A DNA stretch of 64,000 bases from Orbicella franksi (taxonomy: Eukaryota): the NCBI GenBank assembly GCA_964199315.1, contig OZ116710.1:23002001-23066000 (forward strand), in the 5' to 3' direction. The notes under the pieces are model-generated. The model did no database searches. It worked only from the letters and a program-made list of their open reading frames with translations, and was not told where the DNA came from. Shown here piece by piece: positions 62,233 through 64,000 of this stretch. The translations under genes were made by a program, and so were the position numbers. Every line of letters begins with the position of its first letter. Within the stretch, counting starts at the first letter, position 1.

Positions 62233-62613
62233 TTACAATTTCCAACGTTTCTTGGTTTGCATGATTTTCTTAACAATGCGTTCTGTCATGGTTTTACGTC
62301 CGGGTAATTTGTCGATGGCTTGGATCATCTTGGTGTCGGCGTTCCATTTGTCCTGTAAGTTCTTGGCCCTGGAATAGTCAATGTCGTGTTGTTTGGCCAG
62401 TCGGTCCAGACGGTTGATCCCGGGGTCTTCTTGCGCCAGACGTTTCTTCAGTTTGGTACCAGGTCCCATGTACTGATAACCGGGCCAATGAAACTCGATC
62501 CCAGTCTTGCCCAACCATTTTTGGATGTCGAACCCATACCCTCGTTGACATCAGCGACGTCGGGTACTTCTCCTCAGGGGTGGAGCCCTTTTCTTCTTCT
62601 TACTGCATGTCAT
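62233..62613 (-). pseudogene. Basic N-terminus + parvovirus VP1u-like phospholipase A2 domain protein (126 codons; TGA at codon 21)
   Basis: MTCSKKKKRAPPLRRSTRRR*CQRGYGF..PGYQYMGPGT..GINRLDRLAKQHDIDY (YxGPG Ca-loop and HDxxY catalytic motif). TGA at 62551-62553; ATTAAA at 62213-62218 on the minus strand. Confidence 0.82.
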
Positions 62614-63283
62614 AGCCTAGTTTTCGTCTTGGAGGAGCGTCCCAATTTTCCCAACCTGCTTGTAACTGTTCGAATGTGGTAGGCTTGGCCTTCTTGTACT
62701 TCTTTGCCTTGCCTTTAGGAATGTAACGTCCTTCGTCGTCTTCTAAGAGTGATTTCAGGAAACCTTTGGCTGCTTTGCCTACGCCTGATTTCTTCTTCAA
62801 TCCTTCTTTTTTGCTCACTACTTTTTTACCAGTGGATGATATGGGAGTTTTGCCCAACGTGACTGGTTCAAATGAACTGAAGGGTTTGGGGGTTTTCTTC
62901 TCCCTTTTAACACTCGGTGTAGCGGTTTCTTGTTTGATGACGATTGGGGGTGCTTGTTCTTTTACGACTCCCTTGAGGATCTGTTTCAACAGACTTTCGA
63001 CGGGTGCGTCGACCATGCCTTCGGGTTCCGTCGTTCCCTGGTACGAGATGGGACCGCTTTTACCCGTCCGTATGCATTTCACCAGTTTACCTTCCTCGGT
63101 GGCGATGGATTTGGTCATCTTGACGGCCATGCTGTCGGGGATACGTTTGTCGTTCAAGATGAGATGTTCTTCGGCGGCCAGACATCCGGTTTTGTTCAAC
63201 AAGGCGCTCTGGGTGATCTTACCCTTGTAATAATCTTGCAGACGATTGAATTCTTGAACGGGTACCATCATGACTTCGTTCAT
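62600..63283 (-). CDS. Maverick hypothetical protein (227 aa; helical N-terminus, Lys-rich low-complexity C-terminus)
   Basis: Intact ATG ORF overlapping its neighbours (ATGA overlap at 63280-63283; 14-nt overlap with the PLA2 ORF start). Confidence 0.7.
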   Translation of the reverse strand: MNEVMMVPVQEFNRLQDYYKGKITQSALLNKTGCLAAEEHLILNDKRIPDSMAVKMTKSIATEEGKLVKCIRTGKSGPISYQGTTEPEGMVDAPVESLLKQILKGVVKEQAPPIVIKQETATPSVKREKKTPKPFSSFEPVTLGKTPISSTGKKVVSKKEGLKKKSGVGKAAKGFLKSLLEDDEGRYIPKGKAKKYKKAKPTTFEQLQAGWENWDAPPRRKLGYDMQ

Positions 63284-63720
63284 ACCTGACTCAAGGTCGT
63301 GTCAGGAAACTCGGACAATTCTCTCAAGGCCGTCTCGTAACAGTCTTGCCAGTACCGTATGGATTCGTCTTTCTTTTCCAACTCGAGTTTGAGACTTTGA
63401 ACGGTTTGCTTGCCTTTACCGCATTCCCTGCACAACTCGATGCACCCACCGGGCGGCGTGGTATCTCGTTTCGTTTGACAGGATTGGCAGAAGTCACCGA
63501 ACTTTAAAGCCATGTACTCCTGATACAGGTCGTGGTATCTCTTGTTCAAGAACTCGTACGAGTCTTTCCATCGGGCTTCGCGACGATTGGCGTCTTGCAA
63601 CAACTGCACGAGTTTAGGAATGGTCTTGGACTCATCTTCTCTCGGTGGGAAATTGGGTATGACGTCGATCCCCTCCAGCGGGTAACCATCCTCGCTGCAT
63701 CCTTTCACCGTACACAACAT
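63280..63720 (-). CDS. Maverick hypothetical coiled-coil protein with CxxC pairs (about 146 aa)
   Basis: Open frame from ATG about 63720 (MLCTVKGC); CQSC and CREC pairs; stop overlaps the next ATG. Confidence 0.55.
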   Translation of the reverse strand: MLCTVKGCSEDGYPLEGIDVIPNFPPREDESKTIPKLVQLLQDANRREARWKDSYEFLNKRYHDLYQEYMALKFGDFCQSCQTKRDTTPPGGCIELCRECGKGKQTVQSLKLELEKKDESIRYWQDCYETALRELSEFPDTTLSQV

Positions 63721-63995
63721 GCTTTGAAACAACCGTGTAATCCACTCCAGAACCCCGCTCTGTTTTGGCTCAGGAGATGTTCTCTTCGACGTTTGAGAGA
63801 GTTTTTGCGTCTACCCACTTCACGCAAAACCTTTTTATGTCTTTTCAGTTTCCCATAAGTCGTTGCGTTGATGGGGACCCTCTTTTTCAGCAAATTGAGA
63901 ACCATCTCGCTGATGGCGTTGATCTGATCTTTGTTGGCGAATTGCAACATCCGTTGACGTTTGTTTCGATTGGCTTCCTTCAGGACGTGCGTCAA
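63705..63995 (-). CDS. Small basic Maverick protein (possibly 5'-incomplete at the window edge)
   Basis: ANKDQINAISEMVLNLLKKRVP..LKRHKKVLR..LKRRREHLLSQNRAGF resembles small basic proteins I recall from Mavericks. Confidence 0.65.
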   Translation of the reverse strand: MTHVLKEANRNKRQRMLQFANKDQINAISEMVLNLLKKRVPINATTYGKLKRHKKVLREVGRRKNSLKRRREHLLSQNRAGFWSGLHGCFKACCVR

Positions 63996-64000
63996 GAAAT

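Larger units (their letters stand above)
54857..64000 (-). mobile_element. Maverick/Polinton (adintovirus-like endogenous virus), one terminus plus polymerase arm; runs off the window
   Basis: AGTAGT terminus at 54857, abrupt shift to GC-richer, densely packed and overlapping ORFs, protein-primed PolB, PLA2-like ORF. Integrase, ATPase, protease and capsid genes are not seen in the window. Confidence 0.92.

Noticed and set aside
62766-63858. Plus-strand ORFs of 108-154 aa
   Set aside because: Antisense to the tightly packed minus-strand Maverick genes.

Overview
Eukaryotic, AT-rich, repeat-dense animal DNA. The repeat families suggest a stony coral or other anthozoan (inference). Host genes: a complete 4-exon PYROXD1 (+, 1693-17568, 515 aa) head-to-head with a probable CFDP1 first exon (-). 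Multigene-family relics at 22.5-27.3 kb: a nonsense-disrupted histone H1, an internally deleted histone H4 and a 5S rRNA-like sequence. Mobile elements: L1/Tx1 and L2-like LINEs, a BEL/Pao relic, PIF/Harbinger, Kolobok-like and Academ-like non-autonomous elements, a Crypton-like remnant, a near-intact 3-exon Merlin transposase inside an 11.9-kb TA-flanked inverted-repeat structure, and a SINE. From 54857 to the window end lies the left arm of a Maverick/Polinton (adintovirus-like) element: AGTAGT terminus, protein-primed PolB, PLA2-like protein. Main discovery: the element appears to use adenovirus-like alternatively spliced transcription units. One TATA promoter and a 19-codon leader exon (GCA|GTGAGT, phase 0) can be read through into a RING protein, or spliced in frame to four phase-0 (Y)nACAG acceptors. 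Those acceptors precede three paralogous F-box-like exons and the DNA polymerase. A divergent unit joins an Arg-rich RING N-terminus to either of two paralogous C-terminal domains. All of this was read by eye; no database searches were run.
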